From contig JAVHYY010000297.1 in the NCBI GenBank assembly GCA_035221665.1, forward strand, positions 124,001-188,000: a DNA stretch of 64,000 nucleotides, given 5' to 3'. Positions 23,177 through 36,070 of the stretch are shown in pieces. Numbering within the stretch: position 1 is the stretch's first letter; the number at the start of each line of letters is the position of its first letter. The position numbers were made by a program, and so were the translations under genes. Under the pieces are notes generated by a model, which did no database searches, was not told where the DNA came from, and saw nothing but the letters and a program-made list of their open reading frames with translations. This DNA comes from Okamejei kenojei (lineage: Eukaryota).

Positions 23177-24005
23177 AACAACCCACAGATCGATCAACAA
23201 ACAGATCAATCAATCGATCGATCACTCCACTAATCAATCAATCAAAGAATCAACATAAAACTAATTAATCAATCAAACAAACAATCAATAAGCATGCAGA
23301 TACATAAATAAATATATAAATGGAACAGAGAAATAGATAGATAGATCGATAAATAAATTAACTGATAGATCAATAACTAAATACGTAGATAAATAACTAA
23401 ACAATAAATACATGAACAGAAAGATAAATAGATAGATGAATGGATAAATACATAAATAGATAAATAATTAAATAGGCAAATGAATAAACACATAGATAAA
23501 CAGATAAATAAACAAATGTAGATATAGAAAAATACATATATGAGGATAAATAAATAGATAAATTAGAGGGCAAATTGATCAATAAATTGATAACTTGAAA
23601 AATAAATAAAGTAAAAACATAAATGGGTAAATAAATAGATAAATAAACAAACAAACAAATAGATGGACAAATCAATCAACCAATCAATTAACTAATCGAT
23701 CAATCGATGAATCGATCAATCGATCAACTGATCAATCATACATTCAGTTGTTGAATCAATCAACAAATCAAGCATACACTCCATCAATCAACCAACCATT
23801 CAATCAATCAACGAATCAATCGATCGATCAACCAACCAACGAATCAATCATCCAATCGATCAATCGGTCAATCAATAAATCAGTCAATGAATCGATTAAC
23901 GGCTCGATCAATCAACCGACCAATCAATCTAACAATCAACCACTCATTCAATCAACCATCAATGAATGAATGAATCAATAAATAAATCAATCAATCAATC
24001 AATTT
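23177..24005. repeat. Degenerate (ATCA)n/(ATAG)n/(ATAA)n tetranucleotide array; duplicate at ~53128-54045
   Basis: Visible 4-nt periodicity; abuts the N-run. Confidence 0.9.
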
Positions 24006-24675
24006 TATCTCCCCTATATCTTGTGCTTCTTATCTCCCTTCTTCTTTCAGACGGGTGAAGCGCCTCGACCCGGAACGTTGTTTGTCCAGTTCTCTGCACA
24101 ATGGTTGCCTGATTTGCTGGGAAATTCAGAAGATTGTTTGTTTATCCACAACATTCTCCTCTGCAAATATCCAAGATCGCTGTCCCAACGATGCGCTGAT
24201 ATGGATTTCATATTTCTCCTCCATCTCACCGCAAACATAGAACCGTAGTCCAGGGCCACCATTCTTGTGCCGAACGTGATGCCACATCAATCAACTCCGC
24301 CTACACATAAATCATACCACACCATTCGCTGCACATCTATGGACCTATTTAAAATAGTTTTAAATGCCACTATCGTATCTCCCTCCACCACTACCCCCAG
24401 CTGTGCATTCCCGGCACCCGCCATTCTCTGTGCACAAAGCGTGTCCCGTGCAACTGCTGTTGGCAAAGTGGCAGGAAGGAGGAATGATCGCAGGATGGAT
24501 GATAGACGATGATTCCACAAATGAGATGTTGAACTAATTGGCTCCATGGCCTCAACGGTGGTGGCCGACTCGTGTGCGTTATTACACTGCGTCCATGCTG
24601 AAATTAGCCCCATCGTATCACTATTATAATTTGCAAGGGATGTAAGCAATACGTGCGAAACGTTGCCGATTTTAC

Positions 24676-24715
24676 CATGGAGAAGTAACAGGGGGAAGCA
24701 ATATTGCCAGATCAT
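24676..24715 (-). CDS. Copy A signal-peptide exon, coding part MIWQYCFPLLLLH-G (whole exon 24676-24757)
   Basis: Acceptor ctctttttttttacag| at 24758, ATG at 24715, phase-1 donor G|GTAAAA. Joins in frame to G-VQS of the V exon to give a hydrophobic leader. Confidence 0.85.
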
Positions 24716-24792
24716 TGTGTTTTCTTGAACATATCGTCCGTTTACGGTTATCAGGATCTGTAAAAAAAAGAGCAATCAAATAATGTCACTAT

Positions 24793-25115
24793 GGGCGGCA
24801 CGGTGGCACAGCGGACAGAGTTGCTGCCTTACAGTGTGGAGAGACTCGGGTTCCATCCTGCCTCCGGGGACTGTCTGTCCGGATTTTGTACGTTCTCCAC
24901 ATCACCTGCGTGGGTTTACGGTTGTGTCTGCGCTTTCCTCCCACACACCAAAGACGTTGTGGTTTGTAGGTCATTTGGCATCGATAACATATTGATAACA
25001 TTATACATTGTATCTAGTGTGTGTAGGGTTATTTTCGTGTGCAGAAACGTTGGTCGGCGCGGACTCCGCAGGCCGAAGAGCATATTTCCCCGCTATATCT
25101 ATAAATTAAGCTAAA
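24793..25115 (+). mobile_element. tRNA-derived SINE (HE1-like); duplicate at ~54834-55155
   Basis: ggcggcacggtggcacagcgg (A box)...gggttccatcct (B box)...ctaaactaa tail. Confidence 0.85.
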
Positions 25116-26389
25116 CTAATTCTTTAGAAATATATTCTCGCTTCGCGGTTTTTGCGCCTCAAAGATCAAAACCACACATATTAATAACATAATTGATATA
25201 CCAACAGATCGCAGGAGATCCTGGAGAAAATCTACGCAGTTCACTGCGAGAACGTACACATTCGTACAGACAGCATCCGTAGTCGGGAGCGGACATAGTT
25301 AAAGCAGCAAATCCACGGCTGCGCCAGCGTTCCACCTTGCCACCGTATAGTTATATGAAGAGGAAAGATGCATGGAAGTTAAGGTTGTGAGACAGGGTAA
25401 TAGAAGAGCATAGAAAATAAAATTGCACGTGACCCATGATGTTTGTACCGAACACGATGCTGTGTTAAAATATTCTCGCCTGCCTATACGGGGCACACTC
25501 GTCCATATCCTGCATGTCCGAGTGCCTAATACTACTATAGATCTGCTTCCAATACTGCCATTGGCAGCGCGTTCCAGACGCCCCCATCCTTTTCGTAAGT
25601 TGGGACTAGATGTATGAGTCAATGATTCTGTTGGAATCTGTATTTTCTGCAGATAATATCAGTGGACCACTATGGGCTTCACCTTTCCTTGATAATCGTT
25701 ACATTTTGCAAATGTTTCATTCAAATGATCTCTATCTCTATATCACCTGCTGTATCTCGTTTCTCTTTCCCCTGATTCTCAGTCTGAAGAAGTCCCGACA
25801 CGAAATGTCACAAATTCATTTGCCCCAAAGATGCTGCCTTACTCGCTCAGTTCCCCTTCCTTTCGTGTCTATCTTCCAGCTCAGTTAGGTAACATGTTCG
25901 GCACGAACCAGAGGGACTGAATTGTCTGTTCCAGTTATGTATAGCTGGACGATTTTAATCGTCGTTCTGGGTCTGTAGTTCAGCAAAGTTCCCGAATCAG
26001 ATAAAAAAAAGGATTTTGGCTCAAAAAGAAACATATTTGAATTGTGATAGTGGCTGTCAACACACTCATTCCCCTAATTAAATTGCTCAATCGTCCAGGG
26101 CCAGAACCGTTAGTTACCCTACCCATCATGAACTTCACCACCTACATGACTCCTGGACATTTAGCAGTGATGAATTTGCCTTTGAGTTCTGCTGTGGGAT
26201 TTGTAGCCAAATTCGTTTGGGTCTAAAACGGCATTGCCGCATCTGCGAGAGGCCACGTTGCAACACTTTTACCAGAAACAAACAGAAGTTTACATTTCCC
26301 AATGCATTTCAGAGAGTCAAATGGACATTTTATTTTGGCAAGGAGGCGATAATGCAGAGCGTACATACAGACTTGCACCAACACACTCG

Positions 26390-26530
26390 CATACACACAC
26401 ATATACCTACAAACACACACACGCTTACAATCACCCACCCACAAACAAACGCACACGCTTCGAGACACACACACACACACACACACACACTTACAAACAT
26501 ACAAACACACACGTACAAACAAACACAGAC
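26390..26530. repeat. (AC)n-rich microsatellite; duplicate at ~56430-56565 with a shorter pure tract
   Basis: Pure (AC)n core differs in length between copies. Confidence 0.9.
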
Positions 26531-27214
26531 ATACTCGATGAGTCGGCGAGCAGCCGCCAAGATCAGAAGGGGGGGGGGGGCGCCGAGATTGAAGGGGGGA
26601 CCCGGCGGGGAAGCGGGTGGGGGGAGGGGTTGAGCCTGATATCACATGCCGCGGCAGGCAGAAGATAGGACTGCTCGGTAATCATTTGTAACTTCGTCAG
26701 CGCCAGAAAAGTGGCTATATTTGTGAACTGATGACGTGATGTCTGACATACGATTTTACCGGGTTGTGTGCAAAACAAAGCATTTCGCTGTAGCTAGGCA
26801 CTTGTGAACAATAAATCATAATTGATCATCTGATCATTGAATACACACATGCACACAAGTACAAATCCACCCCAGGCATGCACACACACCCCACCCCGCG
26901 CTCACACGTGCACCCAATACTGCATATAGAGAACACACAGAACACAGCATATACAGAACACACACGCGTTCAATAAACGCACACATACACAGACGCCCTC
27001 GCAAATAAAACGCATGCACACCTTCCATAAAGACACACTCGAAGGCGGGCGCGCATTCACACAGACCCACACAGTAGCAGCGCAGGTAACTAATCAAATG
27101 TAACCCCCCATTCACAAAAACAGACCACAACCCCCCCCCCCCCCCCCCCCCCATTATTTTATCATATGAATAGTGAGCAATTTCGCAAACTCGAGAGAAG
27201 ATAGTCCTACTTAC

Positions 27215-27410
27215 TTTCAAAGCTGTCGGGGTTGCAGCTTGCACTGAGCTTCTGTGAATCTGCGGGGTCGTCTCTGTGATTCTGCAGGTTTGGTCACTTC
27301 GGTTCGAAAACCGTCGCAACTGTAAATTGCGGATAAAGCCGCGTTAAAACAGGCCACGGGGCCCGCACGTTGCACTGATCTCTCCTCAGAACCGATGTTG
27401 ATTTTGAAAT
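27215..27410 (-). other. Siglec-like gene copy A, putative non-coding exon 1 (5' boundary approximate)
   Basis: Strong donor GAAA|GTAAGT at 27215/27214. Lies just downstream of a CATAAA/TGACGTGG/CCAAT/CCGGAA motif cluster. I saw no ATG in it, and the next exon has an acceptor upstream of its ATG, so an upstream exon is required. Confidence 0.6.
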
Positions 27411-27434
27411 GTCCAAATGAGCTGGATCGAACGG

Positions 27435-27540
27435 TTTATGTAACAGCAGTGGGACGACCACTAGCCACGTCAGAGAGGCGCCGATTGGACGTCCTGTTAG
27501 AGGGTGTTTCCGGGTCCATATTTCGAACAGTTTCCGGAAT
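27435..27540 (-). promoter_or_regulatory. Putative promoter of copy A
   Basis: Minus-strand motifs: ETS-like CCGGAA (27508-27513 and within TTCCGGAA at 27532-27539), CCAAT (27484-27488), TGACGTGG (27465-27472) and TATA-like CATAAA (27435-27440). Locally CpG-rich and conserved in copy B. Confidence 0.5.
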
Positions 27541-27681
27541 GATTGAACATCTGTGAAACCGTAGACATTTTGAATAAGTTATTATTTTCGAGATAGACGA
27601 CATAAACCACCACCATTTGCAAATCACAATGGAAGTGCAAATACAATCTTCCGTAAGAATCGCTTTTCAAATTCAGTGAGC

Positions 27682-30200
27682 TAGAAACATTAAAACATAG
27701 AAAATAGGTGCAGGGGGTGGCTATTCTGCCCTTCTTGCCAGCACCACCATTCATTGCGATCATGGCTGATCGTCCCCATTGAGTAACACGTGCCTGCCTT
27801 CTCCCCATATCCCTTGGCTCCACTAGCCCCTAGAGCTCTATCTAACTCTGTCTTAAATCCATCCAGTGAGTTGGTCTCCACTGCCCTCTGTGGCAGGGAA
27901 TTCCACAAATTCACAACTCTCTGGGTGAAAACTTTGTTTTTACCTCAGTTTTAAATTGTCTCCCCTTTATTCTAAGACTGTGGCCCCTGGTTCTGGACTC
28001 GCACAACATTGGGAACATTTTTCCTGCATCTAGCTTGTCCAGCCCATTTATAATTTTATTTGTTTCTATGAGATCCCCATCATCCTTTTACACTCTAGTG
28101 AATACAAGCCTAGTCTTTTCAATCTTTCCTCATATGGCAGTCCCTCCATCCCATGATTCAATTTCGTGAAGCTACGCTGCACTACCTCAATCACAAGGAT
28201 GTCCTTCCTCAAATTAGGAGACCAAAACTCAACGCAATACTCGAGATGTGGTCTTACCAGAGCCCTATACACCTGAAGAAGAGCCTCTCTACTCCTATAC
28301 TGAAATCCTCTTGTTATGAAGGCCAACATTCCATTAGCTTTCTCAACTGCCTGCTGTACCTGCACGCCAATTTTCAGAGACCCATGTACAAGGACATCCA
28401 GGTCTCCCTGTACCTCCCCCTTACCTAACCTAACCTAATTGAGATAATAATCTCCCCCCTTGTTTTTTGCCATCAAAGTGGATAACCTCACATTTATCTA
28501 TATTATATTGCATCTGTCACGCATCTGCCCACTCACCCAACCTGCCCAGGTCAACCTGCAACCATCTAACATCCTCTTCACGGTTCACAGTGTCACCCAG
28601 CGTTGTGTCTTCCGGAAAATTGCTAGTGGTGCTCCCAATTCCCTCTTCCAAATCATTAATATATATATGTCAAACAGTTGCGGCCGCAAAACCGTGCCTT
28701 GCCGCACTCCACTCGCCGTTGCCTGCCATTCTGAAAATGACCTGTTCACTCCTACTTTTTGCTTTGACCCCCAATACCATTGGGACTAATTTTAGTCACC
28801 AGTCTCCCGTGCGTGACGTTATCAAACGCTTTCCGAAAGTCTAGATACACTACATCCACAGGTTGCAATTCATCCATTTTACTTTCCACATCCTCACAAA
28901 ATTTCAGAAGATTAGTCAAGCATGATTTTCCTTTCATAAATCCATGCGGACTTGCACTAATCCTTTTACTGCTATCCAAATACCCCATTATTACCACTTT
29001 AATAATTGACCCCAGCATCTTTCCCACCACCAAAGTGAGGCTAACTGGGATGTAATTCCCCGTTTTCTCTCTCGCTCCTCTCTACAAAAGTGGGATGACA
29101 TTGGCTATCGTTCAATCCGCAGGAACTGATCCTGAATCTATTGAACATTAGAAAATATCACCAATGCGTCCACTATCTCTAGAGCCACCTCCCTGAGGAC
29201 CCTGGGATGCAGTCCATCATGCCCCGGGGATTTATCATCCTTCAGTACCATTAGCCTACCCAATACTATTTCTCGCCTAATGAAAAATTATTTCAGTTCT
29301 TCGACCCCCTTAGATCCTCTGTCCTCCAGTAGGTCTGGGAGATTGTTTGTGTCTTCCTTAATGAAGACAGATGTACTTGTTCAACTCTTCTGCCATTTCC
29401 TTTTTCCCCATAATAATTCACCCGAGTCTGCCTTCAAGGGACTCACATTTGACGCTGCTACTCTCTTTCCCTTAACATATCTAAATAAGCGTTTACAGTC
29501 TTTTTTTTTATATTCCTGGCCAGCTTCCCTTCGTACTTCACCTTTTCAGCCCGTATTGCCCATTTTGTTTCCTTCTGTTGCCCTATGAAAGTTTCTCAGT
29601 CCTCTGGCCTCGGCTACTCTTTGCTATGTTAAACATATGTTTTTGTTGGTTTATAATCAATCACTAACTTATCTTGTCAGCCAGGGTTGCCTCCTACTCA
29701 CCTTAGAATATGTCCTCCTTTTTGTAATGAAGTGTTCCTGTGTCTTCCGTGTTATGCAAATACATTCCTGCCATTGTTGTTCCACCGTAATTCCTGCTAG
29801 TATCCCTTTCCAGTCTACCTTGGCCAGCTCTTCGCTCATGCCTTCATAATCCTCATTGTTCAGCTGCATCACTGCCACTTCCGATGTAACCTTCGCCTTC
29901 TCGAATCTATTATAAGACTGTGGACCCTGGTTCTGGACTCGCCCAACATTGGGAAAAATTTTCCTGCATCTAGTTTGTCCAGTCCTTTTATAATTGTGTC
30001 TGATTCTTTAAGACCCCCCTCATCCTTTAAAACTCAATGAATACAAGCCCAGTCTCTTCAATCTTTCCTCATATGACAGTCGCGCCATCCCAGGGATCAA
30101 TCTCGTGAACCTATGCTGCACTACCTCAATCACAAGGATGTCCTTCCTCAAATTAGGAGACCAACGTGTACACAATATTATAGATGTGGTCTTACCAGAG
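27682..30200 (-). mobile_element. CR1 LINE (decayed) plus an adjacent second CR1 RT fragment at ~29905-30200
   Basis: 3' tail at the left end; motifs [17 protein letters not shown] and LWNSLP. Duplicated at ~57710-60232. Confidence 0.93.
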
Positions 30201-30329
30201 CCTCGACAAAATCGGCAAAATAGATAGTTCAAACGAAATTTCCATATGACAAACCAAAATTATTTACCACTGATCGGCCAACAGCTACAACAGTACGCAA
30301 ACAGCTGCAGAACATCGATATTTGGGAAA

Positions 30330-30550
30330 GGCAAGAGACGGCAAATGCTGTTGTCTAGAGAAAAGGGTAAAATGCTGGAGGAACTCAGCGGATCGGGTAG
30401 AAAGCGTGGATGATAATGGACAGACGACATTTTTGGGCGGGGCCCTTTTTCAGCCTGGTCCATTTTTCTCCTCATCTTCTTCCCAGCCCACTGAGTTCCT
30501 CCAGCAGTTTCCCTTTTACTCGAGATCCCAGCATCTGCAGTTTCTTGCCT
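30330..30550. mobile_element. Palindromic MITE-like element, probably Penelope-derived; duplicate at ~60364-60584
   Basis: Long imperfect terminal inverted repeats ggcaagagacggcaaatgctg..gctggaggaactcag / ctgagttcctccagc..cagcatctgcagtttcttgcc. Confidence 0.7.
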
Positions 30551-31159
30551 ATGCCAATTAGGGATATTCGGCTCATTATATCTCTAATTTACCAGCGTAT
30601 TCATCGCTGTCCTTCGTGAAAAACAGGCGCTATTCTTTCAATCCCGCATGTGTACTATTCTGGCCGCTTGCAAATGCGTGCTCAAGACGGTTCCAGTTCG
30701 CCCAGAACCATATTTTAGTTATTTTCGGAAGGAGATGAGGAGAGGTTTCCTTAGTGATGGGAATTTAGTTATGGGAAGGTGAATCTGTGGAATTGTTTGC
30801 CACAGAAAGCTGAAGAGGCCAAGTCAGTTGATACTGTTAAGGCAGAGGGAAGAGATTTTTAATTAGTACAGTGCCAGAGTCATGGGGAGAAGGCAGGAGA
30901 ATGGAGCTGAGAGGAAGAGGTAGATCAGCCATGATTGAATGGCGGAGACTTGATGGGCCGAATGGCCTAATTCTATTCCTATCACATCACCTTATGGATT
31001 ATGAACTACTTTGGCCTTTTGGAAAAGCATGTCTGCACTGACAAATATCTCAGTATTGCCTCCCCAGCGCTGAGTCGGTTTCAAAATCTGATCACTGTCC
31101 GTACAAGTCTCTCGCCACATGTGGATGGGAATTTCCTCCAAGGTTGGTCACGTGTTGCT

Positions 31160-31164
31160 TCATC
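31160..31164 (-). CDS. Copy B candidate terminal coding segment (G|GA TGA)
   Basis: aatgcag|GATGA, homologous to 379-383; weak acceptor. Confidence 0.3.
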
Positions 31165-32574
31165 CTGCATTGTTAATGATGACATCCGGCTTGCCGGGCC
31201 TATTAAGAACTGTGTGTGTCCATCTCGGGGAGGGGGGAGAAATTTCCGACCATCTGGCCTCTTCGGGAGGTTGGATGTACAGGACCAGCAGGTTTTCCAC
31301 ATTAATGGAGAATCATTTCAATGTAACTTAACTTGGGGTTGCGCCGTGGCTCAGCTGCTAGAGTTGCTTCTCTCTCACCGCTACAAAAGCGGGTTCGATC
31401 CTGACCGTGTTTAAATCAGTTCAGCTTAGTTTAGTGTTTTGTCACGTTCGCCGAAGTACTATTAAAAAAAACTTTTTGTTTGGTCGCTTGATAACCAGTG
31501 AGAATAACGACTGTACATTATTACGATCATGCAGTCCATAACGTACATGTACATAATAGAAAATATAATGCTTAAATCGCGTACGTTTAATCCGGGTCCC
31601 CGGTTTCCTACCGCATCCAAAAGTCGCGTGAGTTTGTCGAGAAGCTGGTCTTTACAAATTGCCTCCAATGTGCGGGGAGTATGACGAGGCGATCTATGTT
31701 CAGCGTTGGCTCGTTGGGCCAAAGGGCTAGTTTCCAAGATAACCATAAGGCTCTTTCACACAGCGGCACAGTGGCGAGGCGGGTAGAGTTGCTGCCTCAC
31801 AGCGCCAAAGACCTGGCTTTTATCTTTACCTCGATTGATGTCTGTGTGGAGTTTGCACGATCTCCCTGTGCCCTCGTGTGATTATTCGTGGCGTTCCCGT
31901 ACCCTCTCGCATTCCAAATACTGCAGCTTTGAGAGGCCATGGTAAATTCCCCTTCATGTGTAGAAAATTGATAGAGCTAACGTAAGTTGCATAAGGCGTT
32001 GGCGAGACGGCATTTAGAGGATTATGTTCCGTTCTTGGCACCAAGTTATTGGAATGATGTTGTCAAGCTCGAAAGGGTACAGCGATGATTTACGAGGATA
32101 TTGCCAGAACCAGAGGGTCTGAGCTGCAGGGATGGGTTGAGAAGACTGGGATTCCATTCCCTGGCGCTCATTGAGCATGAGCGGTAATCTTATAGAGGTC
32201 TATAAAATCATGAGAGGAATAGATCGGGTAGATGCACATAGTCGTTTGTCCAGAGTAGTTGAATCGAGAACCAGAGGAAATAGGTTTAAGTCGAAGGGGA
32301 AAATATTTAATAGAAATCTGAGGGGGAACGTTTTCACACAAATGGTGGTCAGAGTCTTTGGTTGCAATCATTTTATTTATTTCATTTGTATTGTGATAAT
32401 TACATTATTGGTTGTTAGCTTAATTGATATCATCTATTAGCATATAGCTTGCACATCTGTTATGCTGCTGCAAAATCGACTTTCATTATTCCATTGACTG
32501 TACATACGACAGTTAAATCCATTTGATTCTTGATTCCTCATATCGGTGACGCTTTTCAATCAATCGTATCTCAC

Positions 32575-32580
32575 CTTCTC
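32575..32580 (-). CDS. Copy B putative 6-nt microexon (GAGAAG)
   Basis: ttttctctttctgtttcgattccag|GAGAAG|gtgagat. Confidence 0.55.
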
Positions 32581-34079
32581 CTGGAATCGAAACAGAAAGA
32601 GAAAAGCTACTGTTGATAAATTCGGGATTTAATGTGTTGTGCTTGGATGGAAAATTCCACTTGCAATTAATGTCGTAAGCTATTGACACGGAAAGGTCGA
32701 ACGCTACGAGTTTGGGAACAGGACACGGTGCTCGAGACAGTCTTGGCAACGGCGCTGACTGATTGCGTGCCTTCTGAATATTTACCAATGCCCGCTGCAC
32801 GTCAATGGGTTGCACTCTTGCTCTCTTGTTCGCTTGCCAATATCCCTGACGCGTTCTCGCTCAATCCCAATCTATTTATTTCTACATTTTGTTTACTGAC
32901 ATCTCGCTGTCTCTCTCCCCCTCCCTCTCACCCTCCCTCTCTCCCCCCCTCTTTATCCCTGTCCCCCTCCCTTGCTCTCTCCCTATCTCTCTCCCTCCCT
33001 CCCGTTTAGAGTACAAACTATGCGAGGAATAGACCGGTGTACAAAATCAGGACAGTAAATGTTCGGGTAGAGGCACAGAGTCTCTTACTTCAAGTGCTTG
33101 AATCCAGTACCAGAGGACAGAGGTTTAAGGTGAAGGGGGGGGGGGAGATGTAATAGTAACCCGAGTAACTTTCTCACACAACGGGTTGTGTGTGGGTGTA
33201 TGGGACGAGCTGCCGGAGGATGTTGTTGAGGCAGGTATATAGTATTTGGAACATTTAGACAAATGCATACTTTGGACAGGTTTAAAGGGATACGCGTCAA
33301 ATGCAGGTAGCTGTGCATAGTATATGACGCCATGACTCTCAGACCGTCATCACTATCGGCAGTACTGAAGGATCTTTGCGCTGACAATCCACTTATTTGA
33401 ATCTCCTCCACCTTGCAGTAACTCCTGAAGTTGCTAGGACAATCGCATCGTTATTAAAGTTATTTAACGTTGTAGAATCAAATAAAACGAGTGCGGGTCC
33501 TCGCTCTCTCCCGCCGTCCCTACCCCTGCCCCCTCCACCTACAGATAATCACCAGTATAAAGAATCATCCACGGGTCTCTGGTGCTGGCAGTAACTNNNN
33601 NNNNNNNNNNNNNNNNNNNNNNNNNNNNNNNNNNNNNNNNNNNNNNNNNNNNNNNNNNNNNNNNNNNNNNNNNNNNNNNNNNNNNNNNNNNNNNNNNNNN
33701 NNNNNNNNNNNNNNNNNNNNNNNNNNNNNNNNNNNNNNNNNNNNNNNNNNNNNNNNNNNNNNNNNNNNNNNNNNNNNNNNNNNNNNNNNNNNNNNNNNNG
33801 CCTCTCCCCCCCCCCCCCCCCCCCCACATATAGAAAATCATGTGTTCAGGACTCAGACAACAATCCCCCGTTGATACATGTCCACCACTAATTCCAGGTT
33901 ATTCTTTCCACATTCCCATCCCAGCAGGTCCGGCAACTCAACCCCACACACACCAGGAGCGATTAACAGTATCCAATTAACCCAACAACCTAGTATGTCG
34001 TAGGATGTTTGTACCTGAAAAGAGGGAGGATAGGAAGATTGTAAGACGCCTCTTCCCTCGCACTAAGCCATTTCTAATG

Positions 34080-35100
34080 TTTACATAGTTTGTAACTTTA
34101 GCAGACTTGAGAGATTATTTGAACTTAGAATCTTCACCGATCATTTTCTTGTTACTTGCGTCCGGTTCAGCGGTCTGTAATATTGTAATTTATCTCTTCC
34201 TACCTTCATTTACATAAATAGAACAGTGGGTGCTCTATCATTCTCTAGTTTCTCACAAATGGAGACACGTTTGTTGTGAAAAATGCAGCAGGATCTTGAT
34301 CGAATGGCCAGGTGGTCTCAGTAAATGTTGATGGAATTTAATACAGATGAATGTGAGGTGTTGCATTTTGGGATGTCTAACATTGTAGGGCCTACACTTG
34401 CATGGTCGTGCGCAGGGAGTGTTGTAGGGCAGAGGGATCTAGGAGTGCATGTGCATGGTTCCTTGAAGGTTGAGTTGCAGGTACATAAAGTGGGCAAAAA
34501 GGCTTTTGGTTCATTAGCCTTCATCGGTATTGAGTATGGAAATTGGGAGGTTATGTTGCAGTTGTATAAGACGTTAGTGAGACCGCATTTAGAGTATTGT
34601 CTTCAGTTATTGGCACCAAGTTATTTGAAATATGTTGTCAAGCTGGAAAGGAGACAGAGAAGATTTACGAGGATATTGCCAGAACTAGAGGGTCTGCGCT
34701 GCAGGGAGAGGTTGAGAAGATTTACATTCTATTCCCTGCCGCGCATGTAGGTTGAGGGGTGATCTTATGGAGGTCTATAAAATCACGAGAGGAATAGATC
34801 GGGTAGATGCACAGAGTGTCTTGCCCAGACTAGGCGAATCGAGAGCCAGAGGAGATAGGTTTAAGTTGAAGGGGGAAATATTTTTTAGGGGTTTGATGGA
34901 GAACGTTTTCACACAAATTGTGGTGGCTGCATGAACAAGCTGCCAGAGGAGGATGTTACACAGTCAGACAGATACGTGAATAGGACAGGTTTGGTGGGAT
35001 ATGGACCAAAGATAAGCAGGTGGGGCTAGTGTACCTGGGACAATGTTTGACGGTGTGGGACGCAGGGCCCTGTTTTCCACGCGTTATCACTCTACGACTC
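34080..35100 (+). mobile_element. Old CR1 RT 3' fragment
   Basis: ORF 34325-34750 ([16 protein letters not shown]). Confidence 0.85.
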
Positions 35101-35659
35101 TGTGACCATACTCTGCCACTGGCGGTAATCGCGTAATTTCCTTCCCACAATATCTTGGTATAGATCTCATCAGACCTTGCAACACATCCAGCTTAATATT
35201 CTTGCAAAATAATACCACATCTTTCCAAATATGATCATTCATTAGAATACCGCTTTAGATTGACACCTTACCCTTCTTAAATATCTACACAACCTACTCT
35301 TATGTTACGTCGCCTATTTACCTCTGGCTCTAGGCGTACATTTCCTCCATTGTCTTCAGTGGTCCTATCGCTCCTCTGTTACCCTACTGTTTATAACGTA
35401 TGTGTACCACCTAGGCCCATTTAAGTCTGTGAAGTAACCTGTGCACGGAACCACGGGAAATTGGAGAGGTCTTAAATGCATACCACCCTTCGTATTAGCG
35501 CTAAAGAAGAAACTGACAGAAGAGTGGCCAGTGCTATCCACAAAAAATATCAACATTGCAAAAGTCAGAGCTTTGGAAAACACGTCTGATCAATTTTGTC
35601 AGTGTCTCAGCTCTATAGCACCGAACCTGGCCGTTATGCGCAGTGGGAAGGGTATGTCA

Positions 35660-36070
35660 CGCAGGAAGTCTTCGTGGCAGGAAACTCGTTAGTTATGGGG
35701 GGTGAACAGGGGATTCTATGGAGGAAATTCATACTCCGGATGAGTTGCCTCCCTGCGGCCAGGATTCCGGATCTCTCTCAGTACGGCTACGGCTACGTAT
35801 GTTTCTCAAGGGAGTGGATGGGCACCCAGAATTAGTTGCCCAGGCTAGCACACACGAACTGGATCGGAAAAGTGATGAGGTGCTGCGAAATGCATATCGG
35901 GAGTTAGGCAAAATGTTAAAATCAAGACATACAGCGTAATTTTTCGTTTACTCCTTGTGCTATGTGCTTGTGGGGTGGGAACAGAAATATCTGAAAATGA
36001 ATGCATGGCTGAGAAATTGGTGCACATGGCTGGGATTCTGGAGTTCGGTCAATTAAGATTCTTTCTCATG
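35660..36070 (+). mobile_element. CR1 ORF1 (SGNH esterase-like) relic
   Basis: CLPAARIPDLS and LREWMG..ELG resemble CR1 ORF1 (CLPGARVRDVS). A similar relic sits at ~2835-3185. Confidence 0.55.

Larger units (their letters stand above)
21260..33970. repeat. Recent segmental duplication, block 1 (partner ~51470-64000, period ~30.0-30.2 kb)
   Basis: Long runs of identical sequence and identical ORF translations at offsets +30213 (V exon), +30041, +30028 and +30008. Confidence 0.95.

Noticed and set aside
22240-23258. Long ORFs containing X runs (also ~33.5-33.9, 52.4-53.3 and 63.5-63.9 kb)
   Set aside because: Artefacts of N-runs.
23397-23969. Hydrophobic Ile/Tyr/Leu-rich ORFs (also 53336-54011)
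   Set aside because: Translations of degenerate tetranucleotide repeats in the leader-V intron.
30285-30304. Possible exon giving a C-terminal AVCVLL* (CaaX-like)
   Set aside because: Prenylation is cytosolic and this protein has a signal peptide; the segment is too short for a TM or GPI signal; the A homolog is outside the window, so conservation cannot be tested.
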